From the NCBI GenBank assembly GCA_965237955.1, contig OZ250169.1:2208001-2272000 (forward strand): a stretch of DNA of 64,000 nt, given 5' to 3'. The position numbers and the translations under genes were made by a program. The stretch comes from Candidatus Marinacidobacterales bacterium (GTDB lineage: Bacteria; Acidobacteriota; Vicinamibacteria; Marinacidobacterales; SMYC01). Under the pieces are notes generated by a model. The model worked only from the letters and a program-made list of their open reading frames with translations, was not told where the DNA came from and ran no database searches. Shown one piece after another: positions 10,647 through 21,045 of the stretch. Numbering within the stretch: position 1 is the first letter of the stretch; each line of letters starts with the position of its first letter.

Positions 10647-11390
10647 GTGGACGGGCTTCGCCGGCGGCATACGAAAGCGCTCACGTTCCCGGAGATCCGC
10701 ACAGGCGTGGTGGCGCTGTCGCGAATCTACGTGGAGGAGCGTAACCGTATCGGCGGCAACGTCTTCGCTGGAGCCGGCAAGCGCGCCGCTTTCGCGTGCT
10801 TTTATTCGCCGCTCCACTATTTGCTCGTCCACCACATCGTCACTGCACTCGACGCGCATGAGCCGCCGCCGAGCCGGATCGTGGATCTCGGATGTGGGCT
10901 CTTGCCAGCCGGCGCCGTGTGGGCTCGGGCGGCAGGCGGCCGGGCCGAAATCGTCGGCGTGGACCAATCCGCCTGGGCGGTCGCCGAAGCCAGGGCGAGC
11001 CTCGGTGCTCTGGATCTGAACGCCCGCATCCTCAAAAAGCGGATCGCTGAGGCACCGATGCCGAAGCCCGGCGAGGCGCTCGTGGCGGCGTTCGCGGTCA
11101 ACGAGCTCTCCGATGATGATGATGCGCGGAAAAAGCTGCTCGAGCGGCTCGTGAGCTCCACCCGGCGGGGCGCCACCGTCCTGATCGTCGAGGCGATTGC
11201 CCGACGTGCGGCCAGGTGGTGGGATGAGTGGAGCGAGGTTCTCGCCACCGAGGGCGCCGAGAGAGGACGTTCCGACGAATGGCGGTTCTCGGTCGAGCTT
11301 CCGTCGTTCGTTTCCGAGCTCGACCGTGCCTCGGGCCTAAACCATCGTGAGCTTTCCGTGCGCTCGCTATTTGTCCGTGGTTTTTCTTGA
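10647..11390 (+). CDS. Class I SAM-dependent methyltransferase (Rsm22-like), function unknown
   Basis: IVDLGCG motif I, GVDQS motif II and AFAVNEL motif IV-like. Start codon is uncertain. Confidence 0.65.
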   Translation: MDGLRRRHTKALTFPEIRTGVVALSRIYVEERNRIGGNVFAGAGKRAAFACFYSPLHYLLVHHIVTALDAHEPPPSRIVDLGCGLLPAGAVWARAAGGRAEIVGVDQSAWAVAEARASLGALDLNARILKKRIAEAPMPKPGEALVAAFAVNELSDDDDARKKLLERLVSSTRRGATVLIVEAIARRAARWWDEWSEVLATEGAERGRSDEWRFSVELPSFVSELDRASGLNHRELSVRSLFVRGFS

Positions 11391-11447
11391 TGCTGAATAG
11401 CGCACTCCATACGATTCGGACAGGAGAGGCGCTAAGATCAGTGCTCC

Positions 11448-12191
11448 ATGGCCAAGAAAGCACCCTCGGGAGCGCAGGCCGTCCTTCGGGCGATCGCACT
11501 TCTGAAAGCATTCACGCTCGAAAAGCCCGAGAGAGACGTCTCCGGTCTCGCGGAGCAAACGGGGCTATCTCGCGGTACGGTCCATCGACTTTTGGCGGCG
11601 CTCGAGAGTGAAGGCCTTCTAGTGCGGCGTGACAACGGTCTCTACCGGCTCGGGCCGACAGCTGCGGCGCTCGGTGTTCGTGCACTACGCTCGAGCACGC
11701 TGCGCGAGAACGCACACCCCGAGCTCGAACGGTTGGCCGAACAAACCGGAGAGACCGCGACACTCGAAGTTCTCTCCGAAGGGAAGATGCTCAGTCTCGA
11801 CGAAGTGCTCGGCGCTCGATTGACCGGAGCGTCGCCTTCACTCGGGACCGCGTGGGCACTGCATGCGACGTCGACGGGGAAGGCGATTCTTGCCGCTGTT
11901 CCGACAGAGCGCGTGGCCGAGCTCTTGCCGCGCTCGCTGGACCGCTTTACCGGGAAAACGATCACCGACCGCGCTCGCCTCGACGAAGCGCTCGACGAAG
12001 CGCGCGAGGAGCTCGAAGAAGGTTACTCCGCTGCCGGCGCAGTGATCCGTACGCCGATGCTGGAGCCGTACGCGGCGCTCAGCCACGGAGGTCCCAGCGC
12101 GCGTTTGCATCCCGACGTTTTGGAAGAGCTCGGGGCTCGGGTCAAATCCTGTGCGGACGCCGTCTCGGCCCGTCTAGGGTACGAGGGCTAG
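11448..12191 (+). CDS. IclR-family transcriptional regulator (apparent short internal deletion in the effector domain)
   Basis: HTH GLSRGTVHRLL, YRLG, TGET and HATSTGKAILA motifs. The usual RGYA segment before EELEEG is missing. Confidence 0.88.
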   Translation: MAKKAPSGAQAVLRAIALLKAFTLEKPERDVSGLAEQTGLSRGTVHRLLAALESEGLLVRRDNGLYRLGPTAAALGVRALRSSTLRENAHPELERLAEQTGETATLEVLSEGKMLSLDEVLGARLTGASPSLGTAWALHATSTGKAILAAVPTERVAELLPRSLDRFTGKTITDRARLDEALDEAREELEEGYSAAGAVIRTPMLEPYAALSHGGPSARLHPDVLEELGARVKSCADAVSARLGYEG

Positions 12192-12214
12192 CCCCAGGAC
12201 TCGAGCCGCTTTTT

Positions 12215-12466
12215 GAGCTCGCCGGGGCGCCTCCGAAGAGCACCGGTGTTCCCGGGCGAATACGCTCGGCGATGGCGATACCGCTCACGACCTCGGCGGT
12301 GTGCAGCACGAGCGCCCCCACGGTCGTCGCCGGGGAAATCATTCCGAGAAGGCTCGAATGCTTCGTCGTGCTCGTCGAGCACGCCAGTGTCCTCGAGAAC
12401 CGACAGAGCCTCGTCGATAATCCGCTCCACCAAGGAGTGTTCGAGGATCTCCATGCGTGCCCTCAT
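12215..12466 (-). pseudogene. Trimethylamine/betaine:corrinoid methyltransferase (MttB-family) relic
   Basis: The N-terminus MRARMEILEHSLVERIIDEALSVLEDTGV is joined out of frame to the mid-protein segment SPATTVGALVLHTAEVVSGIAIAERIRPGTPVLFGG. About 250 bp remain of an expected ~1.5 kb. Confidence 0.7.
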
Positions 12467-13496
12467 GGCACGCTTTTCTTCCGCGCGGGGTCGAAGAAGG
12501 GGAGCGGCACGACCTTGCACGCTGCGCGGCGGCGTACGTATTCGACGGTGAACTCGACGTCGAGCGCTGTCCCCGGCGCTTCATAGCCGCGGTCGACGGT
12601 AGCGAGGACAAGAAACTTCTTGAGCAGTACTGACCACCCACTGGTCGTCGCCTTCCCGATTTGACGGCCACCGGCGTACACTGGAATGCCGACGCGCGAG
12701 ACTTCGTTCGGAATCTCGGGTGCAAGACCTTCGAGCTCGTAGAGCCGCTCGATCTCGCGAAAGGACACTTCGAGCCCGACGAAAAAACGCGCCGGGCCAC
12801 GCTTGTTTTCCTCGGCGAGAGCGCGCTTGCCGACGAAGCAGGGCTTTTTGAGATGAACCGCCCAGCCCAGGTTGAGCTCGTACGGCGTCGACTTCTGGTC
12901 TTCGATCAACGTCTTCTCGACATTCCAGAAATCTACGTCGATGAGAGGAAAGCCCGCTTCGAGGCGGGTGCGGTCGAGTGCGAGCAGACCCGCGGGCTCG
13001 ATGCCGTAATCTTCGCCCGCGTCGAAAAGCACATCCCAAAGTTTCTCGGCGGCATCGCTCTCGACCCAGAGTTCGTAACCGAGATCGCCGGTGTAGCCCG
13101 TCCGGGTTACGATCGCCGGGACGCCTCCGAGCTCGGTGCGCACAAGGCGGAAAGACCCGAGGCTTTTGAGGTCTTCACTTGAAATCCGTTGCAGGATGTC
13201 GCGTGAGCGAGGTACTTGAAGCGCGAGCGCACCGTAGTTTTCCGAGACTTCTTCGATGTCGACGTCCATGCCTTTCGCATTCAAACGAAACCAGGAAAGC
13301 GCGGGCTCGGCCGCGGTCGCCCGGAAGACATTCTCTTCGAGTCGCTGGAAGCATCCGTCCTGGAGAATCTTGCCGTCCTCATCGCACCAGGCGGTGTAGA
13401 GCACCTGGCCGACCTCGCATCGGCGCGCATTGCGTGTGATCACGCGGTCGACGAGACGGAGGGCATCCGGCCCCTCGAGGTCGTACTTATATAAAG

Positions 13497-14880
13497 GGGT
13501 CTACGCGGAAATCTGTGGGCGAATGCTGACGGAGAAATAGTGTAACTCATTGTGTGGAAAAGGTATTCAGCACTTCATCAGGTGCTGAGAAGTGATCCGT
13601 TTTTCGGATAGGCTAACCGAGTGAAAAATCCCCAGTCGATCCGCTCGCTTTTTGCGCTACCAGGTTTCGTGGCTGGCGCCCGATTGAACGGTGTATTCGG
13701 TGACCGATACGCCCGCGTCATCCAGCTCAAGAGGCGAAAAAAACAGCCGTGTGCTCGTACTGTGGGCATCGGTGCCGGGGGCGCTATGACAAGCAAGTGT
13801 GCCGGGTCCGCGACCTGTCGTTGGCAGGCTGGCGGATCTATCTGGAATACGAGCGTTGGCGCGTCAACTGTCGTGGGTGCGGTGGTGTGCATGTAGAACA
13901 CTTGGACTGGCTGGCGAACAACCCGCGCTACACCCAGCGCTTTGCGACGCATGTGGGCAAGCTGTGCCGGGATATGCCGAACAAGGCGGTGGCCGAGATG
14001 GAACGTCTGCACCACACTACGGTGAAGGACCTGGATAAGCTCTACATGCAAGAGCAAGTCGAGCGGGCGGGGCTGCCGGCGCCTCGGGCCATCGGTATCG
14101 ATGAGATCTCCATCCGCAAGGGACATAACTATCGTGTCATTGTCAGCGACCTGGAGCGGGCGCGTCCCATCTGGGTGGGCGGTGAGGGTCGCAAAGAAAC
14201 CGACATCGATTTGTTCTTCAAGGCGCTGGGCGGGAAGAAAAGCGCCCGTATCAAGCTGGCCGCCATGGATATGTGGAAGCCCTTCCGGAACTCGGTGATT
14301 AACAACGCACCCAATGCGCGGATCATCTTCGACAAGTTTCATATCATGCGTCACCTGTCAAAGGCTCTCGATGAGGTCCGGCGCCGTGAGTACAAACGCC
14401 TCAGCGGCGAGGACCGGTCGTATATCAAGGGGCAGCGTTACACGTTGCTTTCCCGGCGGGAGAACCTGAGCCTGGACGGTCGCCGCGCACTCAAGAAGTT
14501 GCTCCAGGCCAACCGGCGCCTGAACACCGCCTATGTTTTGAAGGAGGCCTTCGGGCAACTCTGGGATTACCGCACCGAACGCGGGGCTCGCGCCTTTTTC
14601 ACACGTTGGAAAGACAGCCTCAAATGGCAGCGCCTGCATCCCTACCAGAAGTTCGCCGGAATGATTGAGTCCCATTGGGATGGTATCGCCTCCTACTGTC
14701 ATCCTGAGAACAAAGTCAGTCTCGGACTGGTTGAAGGGGTCAACAACAAAATCCGTGTTCTGCAACGACGCGCCTACGGCTATCGTGACGAGGGATATCT
14801 CAAGCTGAAGATCGTGGCGGCATTCCTTCCGCCATTACCCAGAAATGCCGTTTTCAACCCACACGAACCCGCGTAGACCC
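13497..14880 (+). mobile_element. ISL3-family insertion sequence (1384 bp) with 8-bp TSD ATATAAAG
   Basis: Terminal IRs GGGTCTACGCGGaaatcTGTGGG / GGGTCTACGCGGgttcgTGTGGG. Direct repeats at 13489-13496 and 14881-14888. Confidence 0.96.
13621..14876 (+). CDS. ISL3 transposase, split into two frames joined at an A7 run (-1 shift)
   Basis: Zn finger CSYC...CRGC, IGIDE, MDMW, FDKFH and EGVNNKIRVLQRRAYGYR motifs. ORF1 (13621) meets the -1 frame at CGA AAA AAA C (13735-13744). Confidence 0.88.
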
Positions 14881-15071
14881 ATATAAAGGGGAGACATCGA
14901 TGACCCCGGCGCCGTTTCGGATGGGGTGGTACTCGGGATCGTGGGAATCGTCGTAGGCGTCGGGCGCGTAGTAGCCGGACCACTGCTTCCAGCGATAGCT
15001 CGTGCATAGGGGCGCGGTTTTCGTGTGGAACGGCGTCCCAATTGCCATGGTTTTAAGTGTACTTGGGCTGT

Positions 15072-15105
15072 TGTCCACATTGTATGCGATACCATATTGT
15101 GGACA
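15072..15105. promoter_or_regulatory. Inverted repeat in the divergent promoter region; candidate operator
   Basis: TGTCCACA-N18-TGTGGACA lies in the 56-bp gap between the GcvT-like and FAD-oxidoreductase start codons. Confidence 0.5.
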
Positions 15106-16679
15106 TGTCCCAATACGACGCCATCGTCATCGGGGCAGGCCACAACGGCCTCGTGACCGCAGCCTATCTAGCCCGTGCGGGTAGGCGCGTCATCGTTTTG
15201 GAGAAGCGAGACCTGGTTGGCGGCGCGACCGTCACCGAGGAAGTCGTTCCTGGATTCAAGTTTTCCGTCTTTTCTTACGTGGTCAGCTTGCTCCGCCCGG
15301 AGATCATCGAAGAGCTCGAGCTTCCGAAACACGGGCTGCAGCTCCTCGCGCTCGACGGCACGTTCACACCGCTTCCTGACGGGAGATATCTGGCGAGATG
15401 GCATGACGGCGAGCGCACGCGGCAAGAGCTCCGGCGATTCTCGAAAAACGACGCCGACAACTACGACCGGTTCGGCTTGCACATGCACCACATGTCGCGC
15501 GCGGTGCGAGAGCTCTTGATGATGCGCCCGCCGGAGCCTAGCTCATTGCGACCCTCGGACCTCGTCGGATTCATTCAGCTCGCGCGTCACGTCAAGGGGC
15601 TCGGGAACCGCCGGTTCTACGATCTCGTACGACTGATGACGGCAAGCGCCGCGGATTACCTCGATCGCTGGTTCGAGTGCGATCCGCTGAAGGCGACGAT
15701 GTCGGCCAGCGGGATCATCGGAACGTTTCTGAGCCCGCGCTCCCCGGGCTCGGCCTACGTGCTGCTACATCATTATATGGGGGAGATTGACGGCGTCTCG
15801 CGCTCGTGGGGATTCGCGAAGGGCGGGATGGGCGCCGTCGCCGAGGCGCTCGCTTCGACCGCGCGAGGCTTCGGTGCGGAGATTCGTACCGGCGCGGGCA
15901 TCGAGCGCGTCCTCACCAAAAACGGGCGCGCTATTGGAGTCGCGCTCGAAAGCGGCGAGGAGATCGAAGCCTACCAGATCGCGTCGAGCCTCGACCCGAA
16001 GCGCACGTTTTTGAAGCTCATCGAAGAATCGGATCTCCCGACGGAGTTCGTCACCGATGTGAAGCGCTTCAAGATTCGGGGCTCGTCCGGCAAAGTGAAC
16101 CTCGCTCTCGACGAGCTCCCGAGCTTCACTTGTCTTCCGGGTGACGGGCCGCATCTGCGCGGATCGATCTCGATTAGCCCCAGCATGGACTACCTCGAGC
16201 GCGCGTACGACGAAGCGAAGTACGGTAGTTTCTCGAGCCGCCCCTACATGGACATCCTCATCCCATCGACGATCGATCCATCCATGGCGCCCCTGGGAAA
16301 ACACGTGATGTCCATCTTCGTGCAATACGCCCCGTACCAGTTGAAGGACACGACGTGGGAAGACCAGCGTGACGCGTTCGGTGACGCCGTCGTCGACACG
16401 CTCTCGGAGTACGCGCCGAATCTGAAAAACGCTATCGTCGGGCGTCAGGTCGTCTCGCCGTGGGACATGGAGAAAAAGATCGGCCTGACCGAAGGCAACA
16501 TCTTTCACGGAGAGCTCACGCTCGACCAGTTGTTTTTCTTGAGGCCGGTGGCAGGCTGGGCGCAGTTCAAAACACCACTCGACAATCTTTATCTGTGTGG
16601 CTCCGGCGCGCATCCCGGCGGCGGCGTCATGGGTGCACCCGGGAAGCTTGCCGCTCTCGAGATGTTGAAAGTGTCATGA
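15105..16679 (+). CDS. Phytoene-dehydrogenase-like (COG1233/PYROXD2-like) FAD oxidoreductase, copy 1
   Basis: IVIGAGHNGLVTAAYLA, GGMG, GNIFHGEL and LYLCGSGAHPGGGVMGAPG motifs. Confidence 0.9.
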   Translation: MSQYDAIVIGAGHNGLVTAAYLARAGRRVIVLEKRDLVGGATVTEEVVPGFKFSVFSYVVSLLRPEIIEELELPKHGLQLLALDGTFTPLPDGRYLARWHDGERTRQELRRFSKNDADNYDRFGLHMHHMSRAVRELLMMRPPEPSSLRPSDLVGFIQLARHVKGLGNRRFYDLVRLMTASAADYLDRWFECDPLKATMSASGIIGTFLSPRSPGSAYVLLHHYMGEIDGVSRSWGFAKGGMGAVAEALASTARGFGAEIRTGAGIERVLTKNGRAIGVALESGEEIEAYQIASSLDPKRTFLKLIEESDLPTEFVTDVKRFKIRGSSGKVNLALDELPSFTCLPGDGPHLRGSISISPSMDYLERAYDEAKYGSFSSRPYMDILIPSTIDPSMAPLGKHVMSIFVQYAPYQLKDTTWEDQRDAFGDAVVDTLSEYAPNLKNAIVGRQVVSPWDMEKKIGLTEGNIFHGELTLDQLFFLRPVAGWAQFKTPLDNLYLCGSGAHPGGGVMGAPGKLAALEMLKVS

Positions 16680-18131
16680 CGGACGTAGTTGTTATTGGGG
16701 CCGGTCACAACGGGTTGACGGCTGCGGCTTATCTTGCGCGGGCCGGCAAAGACGTCGTGGTGGTGGAAAAGCGCGATACGGTCGGCGGTCTCGCGGGTAC
16801 GTACGAGCTCGCACCCGGCTTTCGCGCATCGGTGGGGCCCGATCTGGCCGGTCTTTTGTCGTCCGCGGTCATCGCGGACCTCGAACTGAAACGACACGGC
16901 CTCGAGCTCTTTCCCCTTGACCCGATCGTGTCCACGCCCGAGGGACTCACCTTGTGGCGAGATCTTGGGAAGTCTGTCGAGCAATCCGAAAGCACTCATC
17001 GAAAGACGCTGACGCGTATCCACGGTTCGTTGCCCTCGTCGAAACGCTCGCGGGATTTCTGAGGCCGCTTTTGACGAAACCCGCACCCACGCCGGATATT
17101 CAAAGTGGTTCGGATCTGCTCGAGCTCGCGCGTCTCGGTTGGGGATTCAAGCGACTCGGAACCCGCTCGATGCACGAGCTCCTGCGGATCCTGCCGATGT
17201 CGTTGTCGGATTTTCTCGACGAGTGGTTCGAAGACGATTTGCTGAAAGGGGCTCTCGCCGGGCCCGGGCTCGAAGGTGTTTGCCTCGGGCCCAGGTCGAC
17301 GGGAACCGCCGCCCTGTTCCTGTATCAGAGACTCGGGGACAACCCCGCACTCGCGAGAAACTTGACGAGCTCGCTCGAGGCGGCGGTCCGAAGCGAAGGC
17401 GGCGTCATTCGCACCAGCGACGGCGTTGCCACGATTCTCGTCGGCGACGGGCACGTCCGGGGCGTCGTCCTCGAAAGCGGTAAAACCATCGACGCGTCCA
17501 CGGTGCTATCGAGTGTCTCCCCGCGGCGTACGTTCCTCGAGCTCACGGACCCGACGTGGCTCGAGCCGAATTTCGTTTCCGAGATCAAAAACATCCGCTA
17601 CCGCGGCGTCACCGCCAAGCTCGATTTAGCGCTCGAGAAGCTCCCCGTGGTGGAGTCGTCCACGTCGGACTCTCCCTCGACTTTTTGGAACGAGCCTACG
17701 ACGCCGCCAAGTACGGGCACGCCTCCGAGGAGCCTTTTCTGAGGGCGGTGATCCCGAGCCTCGTCGACCCTAGCCTCGCGCCCGCGGGGAAGCACGTGAT
17801 GAGTGTACTCGTCCAATACGTACCGTACGGCACGACGATCGCACCGGAGAAGGTAATCGACGCGCTCGAGCTCGACGGTTCGGTTCTTCAATACAAGCTC
17901 TGGACGCCATCCGACTACGAGCGCGAGCTTGGCCTTCCGGACGGAAGCCTTCACCACGGCGAGATGGCCTTGGATCAGATGTTCTTCATGCGACCCGTTC
18001 CTGGATGGGCGCACTATCGAACACCCATCGCCGGCCTCTATTTCGGGGGCGCCGGCGCGCACCCAGGGGGCAGCATCACGGGCGCTCCGGGCCGAAACGC
18101 GGCTTCCGAACTTCTGAGCCGCCGCGGTTGA
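16676..18131 (+). pseudogene. Second COG1233-like FAD oxidoreductase, with frameshifts near 16980 and 17650
   Basis: MTDVVVIGAGHNGL (ATGA-coupled) continues in two other frames and ends GAGAHPGGSITGAPGRNAA. It is shorter than its paralog. Confidence 0.82.
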
Positions 18132-18179
18132 CTTCCGAGGGCCGCGGCTCTTAGAGTCGATACCCCCTGAGGTCACAAT

Positions 18180-19247
18180 ATGGTGCGGTTCGCTTCTTTC
18201 GTCGGCGGTATTCTCGCTGCAGCTCCCGCGAGCGCGGACTGGGTGATTTTCACCGATGGCCAACGGACCCAAGTCCAAGCGGTCGAGATCGCCGAGCGCG
18301 CCGTCCACATCACGACCCGGGCCGGTAAACGTTGGTCCGTGCTGCGGGACAGTGTGGACGTCGCGGCCACGCTCGCCGCCAACGAGACTCAGGCGCCCCT
18401 CGAAGTCGTGACCATCCCAGAGGCTCCGCCTGTCGCCGCGCCGCCCGAGACACCACCGGCGCGTCCACCGCTACCTCCGCCGCGGCCACAACACACCATC
18501 GTCGAGCGCGAGCTCACGCCGTTGCCCTCGGCGGACACTGACACTGACATTATCCAGCCGCGCGAGCCCTCGCCGCGCCACTATCGGCTCGCGATCACGA
18601 TCAACGGAGTCCAGGGGACGGATACGCTATCGTTCGCCGACACGAACCAGTTCGAGCTCTTCAAAGAACCGGCCCAAATCGAGAACGTGTACAGCGACCC
18701 ACGCTCCGGAGGCTACGAGATCGGCGCTCAGTTTCGTATCGTGGGTCCTCTTGCCGTCGGTGCGACGGTACAGCGTTTCGCAAACGATCGCGAAGCGTCC
18801 TACACCGCTTCGCTTCCACACCCGTTTTTCTTCGACCGTTTTCGCGAGCTGTCCGGCACCGCGTCGGGCCTGACCCACGACGAAACCGCGGTTCACCTCG
18901 ACGCGGTGTTCACGAAAACGTGGGGCCCGTTGACGCTCGACGCCTTCGGCGGACCCTCCTGGTTTCAAACGAAGACCGAGGTCCTGATCGATGTTCTCTA
19001 CGAAGAAGCGTTTCCGTACGACGAGGTCTTGTTCCAAGGCGTCGAGGGTCGCGTGCTCGAAAGCCAGCCGATGGGCTTCAACGTCGGCGTGAGCGCCACG
19101 TTCCGTATTGCGAGCATCTTCGGAGTGGACTTCGGAGTTCGCTACAGCGAGGCGCGCTCGAAGCTCTTCGTCGAGGAGGGTCGGGAGATCGAGCTCGACG
19201 CAGGAGGATTGAGCGTGGGCGCGGGACTACGATTCTTGTTTCCATGA
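18180..19247 (+). CDS. Secreted protein with a Pro-rich linker and a C-terminal outer-membrane beta-barrel
   Basis: Signal peptide (..APASA-D), a PPVAAPPETPPARPPLPPP linker, amphipathic strands, and the terminal strand GAGLRFLFP. Confidence 0.65.
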   Translation: MVRFASFVGGILAAAPASADWVIFTDGQRTQVQAVEIAERAVHITTRAGKRWSVLRDSVDVAATLAANETQAPLEVVTIPEAPPVAAPPETPPARPPLPPPRPQHTIVERELTPLPSADTDTDIIQPREPSPRHYRLAITINGVQGTDTLSFADTNQFELFKEPAQIENVYSDPRSGGYEIGAQFRIVGPLAVGATVQRFANDREASYTASLPHPFFFDRFRELSGTASGLTHDETAVHLDAVFTKTWGPLTLDAFGGPSWFQTKTEVLIDVLYEEAFPYDEVLFQGVEGRVLESQPMGFNVGVSATFRIASIFGVDFGVRYSEARSKLFVEEGREIELDAGGLSVGAGLRFLFP

Positions 19248-20722
19248 CACGCCTCTTGGTGATTTTCCTTACTTTGGGATCACCGGTGTTCGCCGACGGG
19301 CCGTTCCGGTTTACCAACGTGACGGCGTCGGCACGGTTCTTCTCGCTTCGGAATCACGGTGGCCATGGTGTGCAGTGGCCGGACGCGACTGGTGACGGCC
19401 GAGCCGATGTCTACATCACTAACATCTTCGCTCCCAACGAAGACCGGCCTGACTTGTTCTTCGTCAATCAAGGAGGCGGCGCGTTTCGCGAGCGGGGCTC
19501 CCACGCCGGAATCGCCGACGATGGTTTTTTCGGCAAGCTCAGCGAGGAATCCCACGCCGCGGTCTTCGCCGACCTCGATAGCGACGGTGACTACGACTTG
19601 TTCAACGCCCACACCTGGACGGGAAACCACAAGCTCTACCGGAACGACGGGGCGGGCAACTACCGTGATGTCACCGCCGTCAGTGGGATCGAGATCGATA
19701 ACCGTGAGTCGCGCGGCGTCGCGGCCGGTGACATCAATGGGGACGGCATACTCGACCTCGTCGTCAGCGCTTGGGAGAACGCGCCTCTGCAGCTCTACAT
19801 CGGAGAGGGCGATCTGCGATACCACCGCGGCACACAGTTCGGGCGTCGGGCGGCGAAGCTCGCCGTTCAGGGGATCATGCTCGTCGACTACGACGGGGAC
19901 AACGATCTCGATCTCGCGCTCACCGGACACATGCCGATACAGGATCCTCTTGGGCCGCTCGCCATGTATCGCAACGACGGCCGGGGGAACTTCGTCGACG
20001 TCACCGACGAGCTCGGTATTCGCTTCGGCGACGTCGCCATCAACGGTTGGTCCTTCGGTGATCTCGATGGCGACGACGATCTCGACGCCATCGTGGTTTC
20101 CAAACATCGATCGCGGGTGTACCTGAACGTCGGGGGCGGGCGCTTTCGATTTCAGCAGGAGATTCCACGAGGCAACTACACGGCAGCGCTCGCGGATTTC
20201 GATCACGACGGCGATTTGTATTTTTACATCGGTGGCACCGAAGCTATCTTTGCGAACGACGGCGCCGGTGGCTTCACCGCCCATCAGAGCGTCGGACTCG
20301 TGGGAATCGGCAACGACGGGCGCGGTACCGCGGTCGCGGATTTCGACGGCGACGGCGATTTGGATATCGCGATCGCGAGCAAGCGCGGCCCCAACACGTT
20401 GTTCCGAAACGATCGCAACGACTCGAACTGGCTTCGCGTCCGCCTCGTCGGCCCCAGGGGCCAAGTCGGAGCCTTCGGCACCAAGGTTTACGTCTACGAC
20501 TCGCGCCACGTCGACGATCCCGCACACCTCCGAGGCTATCGCGAAGCGCGAGGAGCGACCGGCTATTGCTCCCAGAACGAGCCCATCCTCCACTTCGGCG
20601 TGGAGGGAGGGCAAGCCTACGAAGTGAAGGCTGTGTTCCCGGACGGGACGTTCTTCATCGCGAAGGGCGTCGAGGCACCCGCGCTCGTCGTCATCGACCC
20701 GACCGCGCCTCTTGCACCGTAA
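19244..20722 (+). CDS. CRTAC1-family protein (FG-GAP/VCBS repeats plus ASPIC/UnbV domain)
   Basis: Repeated D-x-D/N-x-DG-x-x-D-L motifs and the C-terminal GYCSQNEPILHFG. Signal peptide starts at ATG 19244. Confidence 0.88.
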   Translation: MTRLLVIFLTLGSPVFADGPFRFTNVTASARFFSLRNHGGHGVQWPDATGDGRADVYITNIFAPNEDRPDLFFVNQGGGAFRERGSHAGIADDGFFGKLSEESHAAVFADLDSDGDYDLFNAHTWTGNHKLYRNDGAGNYRDVTAVSGIEIDNRESRGVAAGDINGDGILDLVVSAWENAPLQLYIGEGDLRYHRGTQFGRRAAKLAVQGIMLVDYDGDNDLDLALTGHMPIQDPLGPLAMYRNDGRGNFVDVTDELGIRFGDVAINGWSFGDLDGDDDLDAIVVSKHRSRVYLNVGGGRFRFQQEIPRGNYTAALADFDHDGDLYFYIGGTEAIFANDGAGGFTAHQSVGLVGIGNDGRGTAVADFDGDGDLDIAIASKRGPNTLFRNDRNDSNWLRVRLVGPRGQVGAFGTKVYVYDSRHVDDPAHLRGYREARGATGYCSQNEPILHFGVEGGQAYEVKAVFPDGTFFIAKGVEAPALVVIDPTAPLAP

Positions 20723-21045
20723 ACTGTTGACAACGCGATCGCGTTGGTGCAAAACTGAAGAATCCCAACATGGTGCCTAACCGCCTCGACCTGAGGCGCG
20801 TCGCGGGTTTAGCCGAGGCGTCTCTATTGGTCGTGCTGCTAACCTTCGGCTATACCTTTGCCTACGCCGCAAGTGCTCCCGTGGAGCAAGCAACTGAGAT
20901 CATCCACCAATCCCTACGCTGCTGGCCGGCGGAAGAGTACGTCGTCGTGAGCATGGATGTGCGACCCGCGGGCGACGTTCAGAAGAACCTCGTCTATTTC
21001 CGCTGGGACCGTCACGCGGCGTGGCACTTCGTCCCCATGATTCTG

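Larger units (their letters stand above)
12463..15048 (-). pseudogene. GcvT-like folate-binding aminomethyltransferase family gene, interrupted by ISL3
   Basis: The 5' part (MAIGTPFH...IDVSPLY) and the 3' part (KYD...YTAWCDEDGKILQDG, RTGYTGDLGYELW, RLEAGF, PFFDP) rejoin in frame when the IS and one target copy are removed. Confidence 0.9.

Noticed and set aside
15105-18131. Carotenoid biosynthesis (crtI)
   Set aside because: There is no crtB/crtE nearby, and the context is C1/amine catabolism.
19280-20752. Long antisense ORFs (e.g. 490 aa here, 46420..47661, 61113..62609)
   Set aside because: These are shadow ORFs expected opposite real genes in high-GC DNA; they carry no motifs.
20727-20756. 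TTGACA plus the palindrome CAACGCGATCGCGTTG before the DUF11 gene
   Set aside because: There is no good -10 at the proper spacing, and I cannot distinguish promoter, operator or chance.
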